From an uncultured Thermotogae bacterium (GTDB taxonomy: Bacteria > Bipolaricaulota > Bipolaricaulia > UBA7950 > UBA9294), in contig CAZGRE010000003.1 of NCBI GenBank assembly GCA_964528085.1, positions 1 to 57,733 on the forward strand: a stretch of 57,733 bases of DNA, in the 5' to 3' direction. A program made the translations under genes and the position numbers. Under the pieces are notes generated by a model. It worked only from the letters and a program-made list of their open reading frames with translations. It searched no databases and had not been told where the DNA came from. How positions within the stretch are numbered: position 1 is the stretch's first letter; the number at the start of each line of letters is the position of its first letter. Below are positions 56,671-57,733 of the stretch, in pieces.

Positions 56671-57645
56671 TTGGAGCCTTTTGATGAGCTTCTAACTGAT
56701 GATGTTCTATATTTGTTGCTGCACGTGGAGGATTCCACTCTTCATGAAAGTGGTTCTCAAGATTTCTACAGGGCTGCCGTGGATAGGATGGCTGGGACAA
56801 CAGGTTTTCAAATTGACTACCGGACCATCAACCTCGAGCCCCGAATGTCAAGACGTTTCATTTTGTCTCTTCCCTCTGCTGAGCACAATGGCTTCCAAGC
56901 TCTTAAGGTAGCCCAGACGATCGTTTACTGTCAATGGGCAATGAGTGGTCCTTTGATCATGATAGACGACCCGTTCTTTGTCCTCCCAATTCCGCCCTAC
57001 TGCGTCGATGGAGAGAGGATCCAATTGAGCGCGCTGAAGACCTTTATCACTGGAGCTTTAGGCAATAGCGAGGGGAATGTATTTATTCACACGCAGCTTC
57101 TATTGACAGGGAGCTCATCAGCATTCAGATCTGCTGCTGCATGGCGTCTTGCATCCGTTGCCTTTGGCGATCAGCGACTCGAGAGAGCCATTCGCCACCT
57201 GGTTGATAGCCAGATGGATTTCTACGCCTATCCGGGTGAGATTCCTGAACTGTTAGGACATGCCAAGTACTCGGGATATAGATGGTGGGAATGGACTAGA
57301 CTTGAGAGAGCGTTGATTAGCGCATATAGCGCCGTTGAGGCGTTAGTTGGGGATCCTCCTCGAAAAGTGAGTAAGCTCCGTCGGAAACTCCGTTTCAAGC
57401 ATCACATTGACCCTGATAGGAAGTTCGGAGAGTTGCTGCATTTAAAAGGGTTAACGGTGGCTCAGATGGTTCATAGTATGCAACGAGCACGCGATGAAAA
57501 GGCTGCACATGGCTCCACAGCTGATGGCTCCCTAACCCTTGCCGAACTGTTAGAGTATCAATCACTCGCGCGGTATTTGGTCTTAGTTCATGCTGAGCAC
57601 AGCTTGGGGGAACCACTGTATCAACCTGGATTTGTGGAGGAGTGA
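56671..57645 (+). CDS. Low-GC hypothetical protein with a C-terminal HEPN-like domain (ApeA/MauJ-like)
   Basis: ALISAYSAVEAL helix plus RDEKAAH (Rx5H); atypical codon usage; TTG start, uncertain. Candidate promoter TTGCCG (56615-20), 17 bp, TATTCT (56638-43). Confidence 0.6.
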   Translation: MEPFDELLTDDVLYLLLHVEDSTLHESGSQDFYRAAVDRMAGTTGFQIDYRTINLEPRMSRRFILSLPSAEHNGFQALKVAQTIVYCQWAMSGPLIMIDDPFFVLPIPPYCVDGERIQLSALKTFITGALGNSEGNVFIHTQLLLTGSSSAFRSAAAWRLASVAFGDQRLERAIRHLVDSQMDFYAYPGEIPELLGHAKYSGYRWWEWTRLERALISAYSAVEALVGDPPRKVSKLRRKLRFKHHIDPDRKFGELLHLKGLTVAQMVHSMQRARDEKAAHGSTADGSLTLAELLEYQSLARYLVLVHAEHSLGEPLYQPGFVEE

Positions 57646-57733
57646 GCGTGGTGTAGGGGGCAGGTTTTCGCTCTTGGTATGGGACGGCACTCAAATCTTC
57701 ACTTTCGTTGTTCCTTTGCCAGGCGTTCGCGAT

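Noticed and set aside
57699-57733. Possible 3' end of a minus-strand gene entering from beyond the window (..RERLAKEQRK*)
   Set aside because: Too short to support.
1-57733. CRISPR arrays, rRNA genes, IS elements, selenocysteine or other stop-codon recoding
   Set aside because: I saw no regularly spaced repeats, rRNA-like tracts, transposases or in-frame-stop-interrupted conserved genes.

Overview
A gene-dense, GC-rich (roughly 63-65% by eye) chromosomal segment from an anaerobic bacterium. The gene content (NfnAB, tungsten-type AOR, DUF4384 protein, archaeal-type NTPase, split transketolase) tentatively suggests Candidatus Bipolaricaulota/Acetothermia; this is inference, not verified. Most of the window is housekeeping: several ABC transporters, nadK, a long pdxS-pdxT-gap-comF-MBL-dnaG-rpoD-miaA-nnr-tatD run, pckA, lpdA, nfo-tal-tktC, dinB, nfnAB, yidD, CIRCE-controlled hsp20, nadE, a pseudouridine synthase, coaE, csp, three tRNAs (Pro-CGG, Gly-UCC, Arg-UCU), degP, a ThiI-like gene, folE and aor. 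I found no CRISPR array, rRNA gene or intact mobile element. Six observations stand out. (i) A YhbD-type HTH gene / bactofilin / small membrane protein / MFS operon has a palindromic operator in its promoter, repeated 94 bp upstream. (ii) A divergent MEMO1-like gene sits in an amino-acid racemase / M20 amidohydrolase / D-cysteine desulfhydrase cluster. (iii) CGATCG and GCGATCGC (the cyanobacterial HIP1 octamer) are strongly over-represented across the window. (iv) Several genes have a -10 box about 6 nt before the ATG and no Shine-Dalgarno (SD), which suggests leaderless mRNAs. (v) An AOR gene is translationally coupled to a racemase homologue that lacks one catalytic Cys. (vi) A low-GC gene with a HEPN-like motif lies at the right end. 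All product calls come from motif recognition by eye, with no database search.
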